A stretch of DNA of 64,000 bases from NCBI GenBank assembly GCA_034667725.1, contig JAXDQS010000005.1:32001-96000 (forward strand). Reading direction: 5' to 3'. Of this stretch, positions 1 through 7,974 are shown in pieces. A program made the position numbers and the translations under genes. The DNA is from Thermoplasmata archaeon (GTDB lineage: Archaea > Thermoplasmatota > E2 > JACPAO01 > JAHFTW01). Under the pieces are notes generated by a model. It was not told the origin of the DNA and did no database searches. It saw only the letters and a program-made list of their open reading frames with translations. Numbering within the stretch: position 1 is the stretch's first letter; the number at the start of each line of letters is the position of its first letter.

Positions 1-111
1 CCTCGCCCCCATCTTTAAGTATGGGTCCTGTGTCGGCCGAGCCTGCACACCCCTGTTTTGCAGGGGGAGGCACCGATCCTGGGCCCCTTCGAGGGCCCGG
101 GGGAGTCTACC

Positions 112-624
112 ATGGCGAACAAGCAAGAGGAATTCGGGCCGGACTTCCGGCACTTGGTCCGCATCCTGAACACGGACCTGGACGGCAAGAAGAGCGTCGG
201 GACGGCCCTGGCCTACGTGCCGGGCGTCGGCAAGCGGCTGGCCTACGTGGTCGCCCGCAACGCCAGCCTGGACGCGAAGCAGCGCATCGGCGACATTTCG
301 GACGCCGAGATCGCGATGCTGCACACGGTCATCACGGAGCTCACCGAGACGCTCCCCGTCTGGCTGGTCAACCGCCGCAAGGACCCCGAGTCCGGCGAAG
401 ACCGCCACATGGTCGGCCCCGAGATCACCATCATGCTGCGCGAGGACCTCAACCGCCTCAAGAAGATCCGCAGCTGGCGCGGCCACCGCCACGAGAAGCG
501 CCTGCCCACCCGCGGCCAGCGCACCAAGAACAACGGCCGCTTCGGCGCCGCCGTCGGCGTCCAGCGCAAGGTCGAGGGCCAGGCCGGCGCTCCCGCCAAG
601 CCTGCTGAAGGGGGCAAGAAGTAG
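112..624 (+). CDS. rps13: 30S ribosomal protein uS13
   Basis: FRHLVRILNTDLDG...SWRGHRHEKRLPTRGQRTKNNGR; first gene of the archaeal alpha-like operon; ATG 112 chosen inside ORF 58..624. Confidence 0.97.
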   Translation: MANKQEEFGPDFRHLVRILNTDLDGKKSVGTALAYVPGVGKRLAYVVARNASLDAKQRIGDISDAEIAMLHTVITELTETLPVWLVNRRKDPESGEDRHMVGPEITIMLREDLNRLKKIRSWRGHRHEKRLPTRGQRTKNNGRFGAAVGVQRKVEGQAGAPAKPAEGGKK

Positions 625-1224
625 ATGGGCCAGCCCAAGTTCCAGCGCAAGCACTTCGACACGCCCAGCCACCCGTGGCAGGGCGACCGCATCAAGGCCG
701 AGAACGAGGTCAAGACCAAGTTCGGCCTCAAGAACAAGACCGAGATCTGGAAGGCCCAGACCCGCCTGCGCGAGATGCGCGGCCAGGCCCGTGAGCTCGT
801 CGCCCGCACCCGCAACCCCGCGGACACGCAGGCCCAGCGGGAGGCCCAGCTCCTCATCTCCCGCATGCAGCGCCAAGGCTACCTCGGCGAGGAGCCGACC
901 CTGAACGACGTGCTCGGCCTCGACCTCGAGCGCATCCTCAACCGCCGCCTCCAGAGCCAAGTCTACCTGAAGGGCCTCGCCCGCACCCCGAAGCAGGCCC
1001 GGCAGTTCATCAGCCACGGCTGCATCAAGATCGGCGACCGCCGCGTCACCGTCCCCTCGTACGTGGTCCGCCGCGGCGAGGAGGAGCTCATCGCCATCGA
1101 CCCCACCAAGGCGCTGGCCGACGAGAACCACCCGGTGCGCCCCAAGGCCGCCGGCTTCGAGCCCCCGGCCCCCGCGGCGCCCGCCCCTGAGGCGGCGCCC
1201 GCCACCAAGGAGGTCACGGCATGA
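625..1224 (+). CDS. rps4: 30S ribosomal protein uS4
   Basis: [44 protein letters not shown]4 motif. Confidence 0.97.
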   Translation: MGQPKFQRKHFDTPSHPWQGDRIKAENEVKTKFGLKNKTEIWKAQTRLREMRGQARELVARTRNPADTQAQREAQLLISRMQRQGYLGEEPTLNDVLGLDLERILNRRLQSQVYLKGLARTPKQARQFISHGCIKIGDRRVTVPSYVVRRGEEELIAIDPTKALADENHPVRPKAAGFEPPAPAAPAPEAAPATKEVTA

Positions 1225-1607
1225 GCGACAAGAAGGGCATCGCGCACATCTTCGCGAGCTACAACAACGTCCTGATCACCGTGACCGACGCCACCGGCGC
1301 CGAGACCATCGCCAAGGCCTCCGGCGGCATGGCCGTCAAGTCCGACAAGGACAAGGGCGGCCCGTTCGCGGCCATGAGCGTTGCGCAGCGCATCGCCGAG
1401 GCCCTCAAGGAGAAGGGCTTCACCACCGTCGACATCCGCGTCCGCGGCTACGGCGGCAACAAGGCCCGCAGCCCCGGCCCCGGCGCCCAGGCCGCCATCC
1501 GTGGCCTGGCCCGCAACGGCATCCTGGTCGGCCGCATCGAGGACGTCACCCCGATCCCGCATGACGGCTGCCGCAAGAAGGGCGGCCGCCGCGGCCGCCG
1601 CGTGTGA
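1221..1607 (+). CDS. rps11: 30S ribosomal protein uS11
   Basis: [41 protein letters not shown]. Confidence 0.98.
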   Translation: MSDKKGIAHIFASYNNVLITVTDATGAETIAKASGGMAVKSDKDKGGPFAAMSVAQRIAEALKEKGFTTVDIRVRGYGGNKARSPGPGAQAAIRGLARNGILVGRIEDVTPIPHDGCRKKGGRRGRRV

Positions 1608-1620
1608 GCGGAGGCATCCC

Positions 1621-2409
1621 GTGAAAATCGAGATCAAGCACATCACCGACCGCGAGTGCAAGCTCGTCGTGGACGGCGTCCACCCGTACTTCGTCAACGC
1701 CCTGCGCCGCACCCTGCTGTCGGAAGTCCCGAAGCTGGCCGTCGACAAGGTGACGTTCTACGACAACACCTCCGCGCTGTTCGACGAGATCATCGCCCAC
1801 CGCATCGGCCTGCTCCCCGTCCCGACCGACCCGTCCACCCTGAACCTCATCGGCCAGGCGGACGCCGACGGCAAGCCGACGTACGTCGTGCGCTACACCC
1901 TCACCAAGGAAGGCCCGTGCACGGTGTACAGCGGCGACCTCGAGCCCGAGGACAAGAAGTTCGCCATCGTCGACCCCAAGGTCCCGATCGTCGAGCTCCT
2001 GGCCGACCAACGCCTCATCCTCGAGGCCGAGGCCGTCCTGGGCCAAGGCACGCAGCACGCCAAGTGGCAGGTCTGCTCCGCTGTCGGCTACAAGTACTTC
2101 CCGACGGTCACGATCGACGCCAAAAAGATCAAGCCGGAGCAGGCCCAGCTGGCGGTCCAGCGCAGCCCCGCCGGCATCCTCGGCGTCGACAACGGCAAGC
2201 TCGTCGTCCTCCAGATGGACGAGGTCAACCGCGCCGACGAAGCCGAGAAGATCCTCGGCGACGGCTTCCGCATCAAGTACGACGACCGGAAGTTCGTGTT
2301 CCGCTTCGAGACCGACGGCTCCCTCAAGGCCGAGGACGCCCTCATGAAGGCCCTCGACCTCCTGAAGGAGCGGTTCGAGCGCTTCCAGGAAGCCGCCAGC
2401 GACCTGTAA
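1621..2409 (+). CDS. rpoD: DNA-directed RNA polymerase subunit D (Rpo3)
   Basis: FVNALRRTLLSEVP, NTSALFDEIIAHRIGLLP, HAKWQ, FETDGSL; GTG start at 1621; conserved position after rps11. Confidence 0.96.
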   Translation: MKIEIKHITDRECKLVVDGVHPYFVNALRRTLLSEVPKLAVDKVTFYDNTSALFDEIIAHRIGLLPVPTDPSTLNLIGQADADGKPTYVVRYTLTKEGPCTVYSGDLEPEDKKFAIVDPKVPIVELLADQRLILEAEAVLGQGTQHAKWQVCSAVGYKYFPTVTIDAKKIKPEQAQLAVQRSPAGILGVDNGKLVVLQMDEVNRADEAEKILGDGFRIKYDDRKFVFRFETDGSLKAEDALMKALDLLKERFERFQEAASDL

Positions 2410-2505
2410 GGTTCATCAAGCGCGACTTTTCCCCTCCACCCACCCCCGGGACGGCTGACTAACCGCCCAGGGCCGGCCCGCCGCAAAAGGCGAGGCCGAA
2501 TCTCC

Positions 2506-2587
2506 GCACAGGTAGTCAAGTGGCCAACGACGGGAGGTTCAGGGCCTCCTTCTTCGTGATTCGCAGGTTCGAATCCTGTCCTGTGCA
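2506..2587 (+). tRNA. tRNA-Leu(CAG)
   Basis: Acceptor stem GCACAGG/CCTGTGC, anticodon arm GGAGG-TTCAGGG-CCTCC, long variable arm, T-loop GTTCGAATC, discriminator A; CCA not encoded. Confidence 0.93.
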
Positions 2588-2987
2588 CTAAGCAAGGGTC
2601 GCTGCGCGAAGCGCCAGCGCCCGGTCCTGGAGTGTTGGACAGGATTCGCCGAGCGATGCGAAGCGAGCGAGGAATCCCTGCGCGACCGAAGGGAGCGCAG
2701 GGTCGAATCCTGTCCTGTGCACTCCAACAGCCAGCGATGCGCAGCGAGCGGTGCTGCGGAGTCGCACAGGGCAGGATTCGCCGAGCGACGCGAAGCGAGC
2801 GAGGAATCCCTGCGCGACCGAAGGGAGCGCAGGGTCGAATCCTGTCCTGTGCACTAGAACAGACAGACGTGTGCGCGCAGCGCCACACGCTGGTTTCGAA
2901 GGGCTGGGCAGGATTCGCCGAGCGCCGCAGGCGCGAGGAATCCCTGCGCGACCGAAGGGAGCATAGGGTCGAACCCTGTCCTGTGCA
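2588..2987. repeat. Tandem array of three ~133-bp units (variable ~50-bp spacer plus conserved 82-85-bp core ending in a copy of the tRNA-Leu 3' end)
   Basis: Cores at 2637-2721, 2769-2853 and 2906-2987: GGRCAGGATTCG...CCCTGCGCGACCGAAGGGAGCGCAGGGTCGAATCCTGTCCTGTGCA; the third core is the most diverged. Confidence 0.95.
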
Positions 2988-3088
2988 CCTCGCCAACGTG
3001 CGTGGCCGCCCGCCAAGAGCAGGACCCACGGTTGAGGGCGGCGCCCCCCTTGGAGGAGACATTTTGTGCAGGACCCTGTGGCGCATCC

Positions 3089-3652
3089 GTGGCCTGGCTG
3101 GAGTTCGCCTCCGCGTTCCTTCTCGTGCTCGTCGCGGAGTTGGGCGACAAGACGCAGTTGGCCGTCGCCGTGATGGCGGTACGCGGCAGAGCCCTCCAAG
3201 TCTTCGCCGGCGCGGCCGCCGCGTTTCTCGTGTTGACGTTGCTTGCGGTGACGCTGGGCGCGGCGGTCGCGAGCGCCGTTCCGGCAAAGTGGACCAACCT
3301 CGCGGCGGGTCTGCTGTTCCTAGGCATGGGGGCGCTGGCCTTCTTGCGCAAGGATGACAAGGAGGCGGAAGAACTGGTCCGAGGCGCGACAATGGGCAGC
3401 GCGTTCTTGGCCGTGGCCTTGGCGGAGTTCGGGGACAAATCGCAACTGGCGACGAGCGCACTCGCCGCGCAAGGGGATGCCTTCCTCGTGGGCTTGGGCG
3501 TCCTGCTTGCCCTGTTTGTGAACGCCGCCTTGGCCGCGGTCTTAGGAGCCAAGCTCTTGTCCCGTCTGCCGGCGCGGACGTTGAAGGTTGTCTCTTGCGC
3601 TCTGTTCCTGGTCGCCGGAGCCTGGTTGCTTGCCGCGGCAGCCGCCGGTTAG
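3089..3652 (+). CDS. TMEM165/GDT1 (UPF0016) family Ca2+/Mn2+ transporter
   Basis: Two copies of the family motif, ELGDKTQ and EFGDKSQ; hydrophobic; GTG start approximate. Confidence 0.9.
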   Translation: MAWLEFASAFLLVLVAELGDKTQLAVAVMAVRGRALQVFAGAAAAFLVLTLLAVTLGAAVASAVPAKWTNLAAGLLFLGMGALAFLRKDDKEAEELVRGATMGSAFLAVALAEFGDKSQLATSALAAQGDAFLVGLGVLLALFVNAALAAVLGAKLLSRLPARTLKVVSCALFLVAGAWLLAAAAAG

Positions 3653-4010
3653 CCAGTTCCGGTCCTCGATTCTCTAGGCTTCGACTTGAAGTGGAATGAG
3701 GTGGCGCGGCTGGAGGCGGAGCGCTTCCGGATTCTGGCCGACCATGCCCACCTCGCAGCCACGCTGCGGCGCTGCCGCCCGTGCGGCCCAAATCCACCAC
3801 TACCCTCGTTGCTCAATCCGGCTTGGCCGCTGAACGCGAGGCGCGTCGTGGCCCCGCCGGGGGCTTAAGCCGAGTGGAGCAAGGGCGGGCAATGGTCTCG
3901 CCCCAACAGGAGGGAAAGCCATGTGCCCGCCATTGCTCCAAGGCGCTTTTCCCCGGTGGGGGAATCGTGTCCTTTGGCGGCTCCGGCTGCCAGAAAAACA
4001 GGTGAAACCC

Positions 4011-4253
4011 ATGAATACCACGAAACGCGTCATCGCCATCGGATTCGTCCTCGCCGTCTGCGCGGTCGCCCTCACCCCGTCCGCCACCGCCTGGACTGTC
4101 GTCGGCACCGGCACCAAGTTCTGCGACTCGGGGGCCGCCGTCGCGACCAACTGCACCTACTGTCGCGGCTACAGCGACAGCTACTGCCGCGACCACCCCG
4201 AGTACCAGTTCGTCTGCCAGTACATGGTTCTCGGGAACTGCATCCTGCAGTAG
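4011..4253 (+). CDS. Small secreted Cys-rich peptide
   Basis: AGGTGA RBS, signal peptide ending ATA-W, six Cys in a ~53-aa mature part. Confidence 0.75.
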   Translation: MNTTKRVIAIGFVLAVCAVALTPSATAWTVVGTGTKFCDSGAAVATNCTYCRGYSDSYCRDHPEYQFVCQYMVLGNCILQ

Positions 4254-4306
4254 CCCCGACTGCCTCGGCCCTTCTCCCCTCCACCTTCGCATCCAGGTGA
4301 CTTCCC

Positions 4307-4369
4307 ATGAGGTCCATGAAGCGCATCGTCGCCCTCGGCGTGGCCCTCGTGCCGTCTGTCACCGCATGA
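4307..4369 (+). pseudogene. Truncated paralogue of the signal-peptide region of 4011..4253
   Basis: Same CAGGTGA-N-CCCATG context; MRSMKRIVALGVALVPSVTA* versus MNTTKRVIAIG...TPSATAW, with TGA where the paralogue has TGG. Confidence 0.55.
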
Positions 4370-4410
4370 CCAGTCAGAAAACGCTCGGAATCTTCAGGAA
4401 CAGGGGCAAG

Positions 4411-4422
4411 CCTGTCCTGTGC
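4411..4422 (+). repeat. Distal copy of the tRNA-Leu 3' end (att-like)
   Basis: CCTGTCCTGTGC identical to 2575-2586, preceded by a degenerate T-arm CAGGGGCAAG. Confidence 0.7.
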
Positions 4423-4500
4423 GCCCAGCGCCAAGGCTCCGGTTGCTTTCTCTAGCCGCCCGGGTTCCAGCTTCGGCGGCGCGGCCGCGAGCGTGCATCC

Positions 4501-5034
4501 ATGGCCACGAAGAAGAGCGCAAAGAAGCCTGTCCGCAAGACCGCCAAGAAAGTCGCCCGGCGCGCCGTCGCCAAGCCCGCCAAGAAGGCCGCCGCCCGTG
4601 CGGGCGCCAAGGGCGAGCCCACCAAGATCTTCGTCAACCTGGCCGTGCAGGACTTGGCACGGTCGAAGGCGTTCTTCGGCAAGCTGGGCTACAAGTTCAA
4701 CCCGAAGTTCACGGACGAGAACGCGGCCTGCATGGTCATCTCGGACGACATCTACGCCATGCTTCTCGTGCCTAGGTTCTTCCAGAGCTTCACGTCGAAG
4801 GCCATCGTCGACGCCCGTGCCAGCGTGGAGGCCATCCTGGCCCTCAGCCTGCCGTCCCGCAAGGCGGTCGACGCCATCGTGGCCAAGGCCTACGCCGCCG
4901 GCGGCCGCAAGTACCGGGAGCCCCAGGATTTCGGTTTCATGTACAGTTGCGCCTTCGAGGATCCGGACGGCCACCTCTGGGAGTACGTCTGGATGGATCC
5001 CGTCGCGGCGGCGAACGGCCCGCCCAAGGCGTAG
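4501..5034 (+). CDS. VOC/glyoxalase family protein with a Lys/Ala-rich N-terminal tail
   Basis: KIFVNLAVQDLARSKAFF, FNPKFTDENAAC, GFMY..AFEDPDGHLWE. Confidence 0.9.
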   Translation: MATKKSAKKPVRKTAKKVARRAVAKPAKKAAARAGAKGEPTKIFVNLAVQDLARSKAFFGKLGYKFNPKFTDENAACMVISDDIYAMLLVPRFFQSFTSKAIVDARASVEAILALSLPSRKAVDAIVAKAYAAGGRKYREPQDFGFMYSCAFEDPDGHLWEYVWMDPVAAANGPPKA

Positions 5035-5042
5035 GGTCGCGC

Positions 5043-5945
5043 GTGGGCATCGCCGCGCTCAAGAAGCTGCTGCCGACGCAGCCCTTCGACCCAAGCGCGC
5101 TCCGGGGCAAGACCTTGGCCGTCGACGCGGACAACTTGATCTGGTCGTTCGCGACGGCGCTTGCGGCCTCCAGCGACTTCCCCAAGGCTCCGGACGGGCG
5201 GACGGTCACCCATCTTTACGGCCTGGTCGCGCGGCTGACGCAGTACGCGAAGTGGGGCGCGCGCAGCGTCTGGGTGTTCGACGGCGTGCAGCCCGAGTTG
5301 AAGGAGGCGACGCTGGTGGGCCGCGCGGAACGCATCGAGGCGGCGCGCGCCGCCGGCGACAACCCGCAGGCGATGGTGATGGTGGGCGAGCCGGAGTTGG
5401 CGGAGTGCCGCGACCTGCTCACCCTCCTTGGCGTGCCATGGGTGGTGGCGCCGGGCGAGTCGGACGCCCAGTGCGCGCACCTCGTGGAATCGGGCGCGGC
5501 GTGGGCGGCCGTGACGCAGGATTGGGACATCGCGCTGTTCGGCGCGCCGCGGGCGCTGCGGAACCTGACGCTGAGCAAGACGCGCACGCCGGAGCTGCTG
5601 GAGCTTGCGCCGGCGCTCGCGCACGCGGGCCTGACGCGGGCGCAACTGGTGGACGCGGCCATCCTCATCGGCACCGACTACAACGAGGGCGTGCGCGGCG
5701 TCGGGCCGGTCAAGGCCGTGGCGCTCGTCAAGAAGCACGGCGACCTGCCCAAGGCGCTCGACGCGCTTGGCGTCCGGATGCCGGACGCGGACCAGGTGCG
5801 GCGGCTGTTCCTCCATCATCCCGTCGACGCGGCGTTCGCGCCGCGCTTCGGCACGCCGGACGAGGCCGCGCTGCGCGCGTTCCTCGCCGGGCGTGGCCTG
5901 TCGGCGAAGCGCGGCGACGACCTGCTTGGCGCCATTCGGGCCTGA
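5043..5945 (+). CDS. fen: Flap endonuclease-1 (XPG/FEN1)-like nuclease
   Basis: MGI start, LAVDADN, WVFDG, APGESDAQ, TQDWD, LIGTDYN.GVRGVGP (H3TH). Confidence 0.88.
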   Translation: MGIAALKKLLPTQPFDPSALRGKTLAVDADNLIWSFATALAASSDFPKAPDGRTVTHLYGLVARLTQYAKWGARSVWVFDGVQPELKEATLVGRAERIEAARAAGDNPQAMVMVGEPELAECRDLLTLLGVPWVVAPGESDAQCAHLVESGAAWAAVTQDWDIALFGAPRALRNLTLSKTRTPELLELAPALAHAGLTRAQLVDAAILIGTDYNEGVRGVGPVKAVALVKKHGDLPKALDALGVRMPDADQVRRLFLHHPVDAAFAPRFGTPDEAALRAFLAGRGLSAKRGDDLLGAIRA

Positions 5946-6064
5946 GGACTTGGACGCCGGCCCCAGCGCCGCGCCGCATCGCGTGTTGTCCCCACCGTGG
6001 TAGGGCGGCTTGGCGGGGTGAGGGCAGGGCCGGCGACGCCCCAGTCGGCTTCCCGGCCAAGAGC

Positions 6065-6220
6065 CTACCGTCGAGCCCGGTCGATGCAGCCGGCCGCGCC
6101 GCAGCCGCACGGGGTCGCGTAGCTGCATTGGAACGGGCACAGGCCGCAGCCCCAGTCGAGGGTGTGGCCGGCGGTTCGCATCGCCTTGGCCAAGCATTGG
6201 GTGGGCAGGGTCGCCTGCAT
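6065..6220 (-). CDS. Possible small Cys-rich (metal-binding) protein
   Basis: WGCGLCPFQCSYATPCGCGAAGC in a 51-aa ORF filling an intergenic gap. Confidence 0.35.
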   Translation of the reverse strand: MQATLPTQCLAKAMRTAGHTLDWGCGLCPFQCSYATPCGCGAAGCIDRARR

Positions 6221-6296
6221 GGCGGCAGGCATTGGCTTGCGGGCTTTGGCCGCTTGCGCCAAAGACTCGTGGGGCCTCTTGCTCGTCCCGGAAAAG

Positions 6297-6599
6297 CTAG
6301 GCTGGCGGCACCAGGTCGGCAAGCTCGTCCAGGAGCGCCTCGATGCGGCGCAGGTCCTTGGCGCGGCCTTTCTCCGGCTTGAGGCGGACGGCGCGGAGGG
6401 CCTTGCGGACCTTGTCCGCGTCGGGGAGCTGGCGCGGCTTGCCCTTGGGCCCGGGGGCGCGCAGCGCGGCCAGGGTCTCCTGGAAGCGTGCCTCGACGCG
6501 CAGGCGGTGCTGGTCGCGGGCTTCCTTCCAGTCGCGGTGGAGGGTGGCAAGCTCGGCGGCCAGTTCCGCGGTCGGGTGCGGCTTGGGCTTGGGGGTCAT
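6297..6599 (-). CDS. Hypothetical basic helical protein, last gene of the polyphosphate operon
   Basis: ATG overlaps the upstream stop (ATGA coupling); Arg/Lys-rich, 100 aa. Confidence 0.7.
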   Translation of the reverse strand: MTPKPKPHPTAELAAELATLHRDWKEARDQHRLRVEARFQETLAALRAPGPKGKPRQLPDADKVRKALRAVRLKPEKGRAKDLRRIEALLDELADLVPPA

Positions 6600-7297
6600 G
6601 GGAGGGCTCCTTGCCAGTTGGCGAGCACGCCGACCATGCGGCGTTGCAGGTCGCGTTGGACGCTCTTGATGGTGCGGTTGGCGTTGACGACGTCGAAGCC
6701 GTGGCGTTCGGCGAGGGTGTCGAACTGGCGGCGCATCCGTTTCTGGTAGCCCAGGAACGAGGCCAGCCAGTCGCGGCTGAGGCCGAGGTCCATGCCGGAT
6801 TCCCAGTAGTCGAGCTCGGGGTGGTTCCCGAGGCGGTGGTCGAGGAGGGTGCGCGGGCTGGCCTGGAGGTAGAACAGCGCGTCGGGCACGATGGCCTTGG
6901 CGTACAGGTTCTCGACCCAGGCGGGGTCGGCGCCGCGCACCAGGTCGCGGGCCATGAGGGTGAAGACGTAGCGGTCGGCCAGCACGACGGCGCCGCTGCG
7001 GAGGGCGGGCACGATGCGGTTCTCGAGCTGGTCGTAGAAGTCGGTGGCGTAGAACAGGCTCATGGTGCGCGGGCTGAGGGTGTTGCCTTCGCGCGCGGCC
7101 GCAAGCTCTGGGGCGACGAGGTCGCTGCGGCGCAGGCCGGTCTCGACGACGGCGTAGCCTTCTTTCTGGAGCCACTTGGACAGGACGCCGACGTGGGTGC
7201 TGCGGCCGGAGTTGTCCTGCCCTTCCAGCACGACGAGCAGGCCGGTGAGGTCGCGCAGGTCGACGCCGGGCGGCGGCATGCCGTAGGCCTGCTTCAT
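6596..7297 (-). CDS. Thymidylate-kinase-like protein with degenerate P-loop (putative PPK3 partner subunit)
   Basis: LEGQDNSGRST, VLADRY, YWESGMDLGLS. Confidence 0.85.
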   Translation of the reverse strand: MKQAYGMPPPGVDLRDLTGLLVVLEGQDNSGRSTHVGVLSKWLQKEGYAVVETGLRRSDLVAPELAAAREGNTLSPRTMSLFYATDFYDQLENRIVPALRSGAVVLADRYVFTLMARDLVRGADPAWVENLYAKAIVPDALFYLQASPRTLLDHRLGNHPELDYWESGMDLGLSRDWLASFLGYQKRMRRQFDTLAERHGFDVVNANRTIKSVQRDLQRRMVGVLANWQGALP

Positions 7298-7974
7298 GGG
7301 GCGCCGCCGCGGTTGCGCTGGTAGCGCGACAGGTCGATGCGTTCCTGGACGACCGAGCGCATCCGTTGCTGCATCGTGTGGATGCCCTCGTTGGCGTCCA
7401 CCCGCACGAACGGGTACTGCCCCGCCATCTCGAGGTAGTGCGTCATGATGCGGCCTTGGAAGATCTTGAACGACTCGCGGATGTCGCTGTGCAGGTCGAG
7501 GTCCATGCCGGCCTCGTGGTACTTGAGGCGGGGGCGGCCGGAGAGGATGCGTTGCAGGCTGACGTCGAGCGGCACGTCGTAGTAGAACGTCAGGTCGGGC
7601 TCCTGCGCGAACGAGTAGAGCCGGGTCAGCCAGGCGGGCTCGCAGCCGCGGACGCGGTCGCGCGCGAACGCCGTGTACTTGTAGCGGTCGCACAGCACGA
7701 TCCATCCCGCTTGCAGGCGCGGCAGGATCTGGCGCTCGTAGCGGTCGGCGAAGTCGGTGGCGTGGATCAGGCTGAACGTCGTCGGCGTCAGCAGCTGGCC
7801 CTTCTTGCCGCGCTTGGTGGCGTCCTTGACCAGGTCGCTGGAGTTCCATTCGCTGAAGTGCACCTTGCAGCCGAGGCTCTGGAGCCAAGTGTGCAGCAGG
7901 CGAATCTGCGTCGATTTGCCGGAGCCGTCGACGCCCTCCACGGCCACCAGGAAGCCTGGCGTCCCGTCCGTCAT
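7294..7974 (-). CDS. Thymidylate-kinase-like protein with intact P-loop (putative PPK3 catalytic subunit)
   Basis: VEGVDGSGKSTQ, SEWNSS, LCDRY, YHEAGMDL. Confidence 0.88.
   Translation of the reverse strand: MTDGTPGFLVAVEGVDGSGKSTQIRLLHTWLQSLGCKVHFSEWNSSDLVKDATKRGKKGQLLTPTTFSLIHATDFADRYERQILPRLQAGWIVLCDRYKYTAFARDRVRGCEPAWLTRLYSFAQEPDLTFYYDVPLDVSLQRILSGRPRLKYHEAGMDLDLHSDIRESFKIFQGRIMTHYLEMAGQYPFVRVDANEGIHTMQQRMRSVVQERIDLSRYQRNRGGAP

Noticed and set aside
2588-2987. CRISPR array
   Set aside because: Repeats are 82-85 bp and tRNA-derived, the spacers are themselves structured, and there are no cas genes in the window.
2637-2987. Additional tRNA genes in the repeat cores
   Set aside because: Only the T-arm/acceptor 3' side is present; there is no D-arm or anticodon arm.
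3686-3868. 60-aa ORF between GDT1 and the peptide gene
   Set aside because: No recognisable motif and only a TTG start; insufficient support.
4367-4369. Recoded TGA (Trp or Sec) in the peptide paralogue
   Set aside because: TGA is used as a normal stop throughout, the leader has a deletion, and downstream sequence does not resemble the paralogue.
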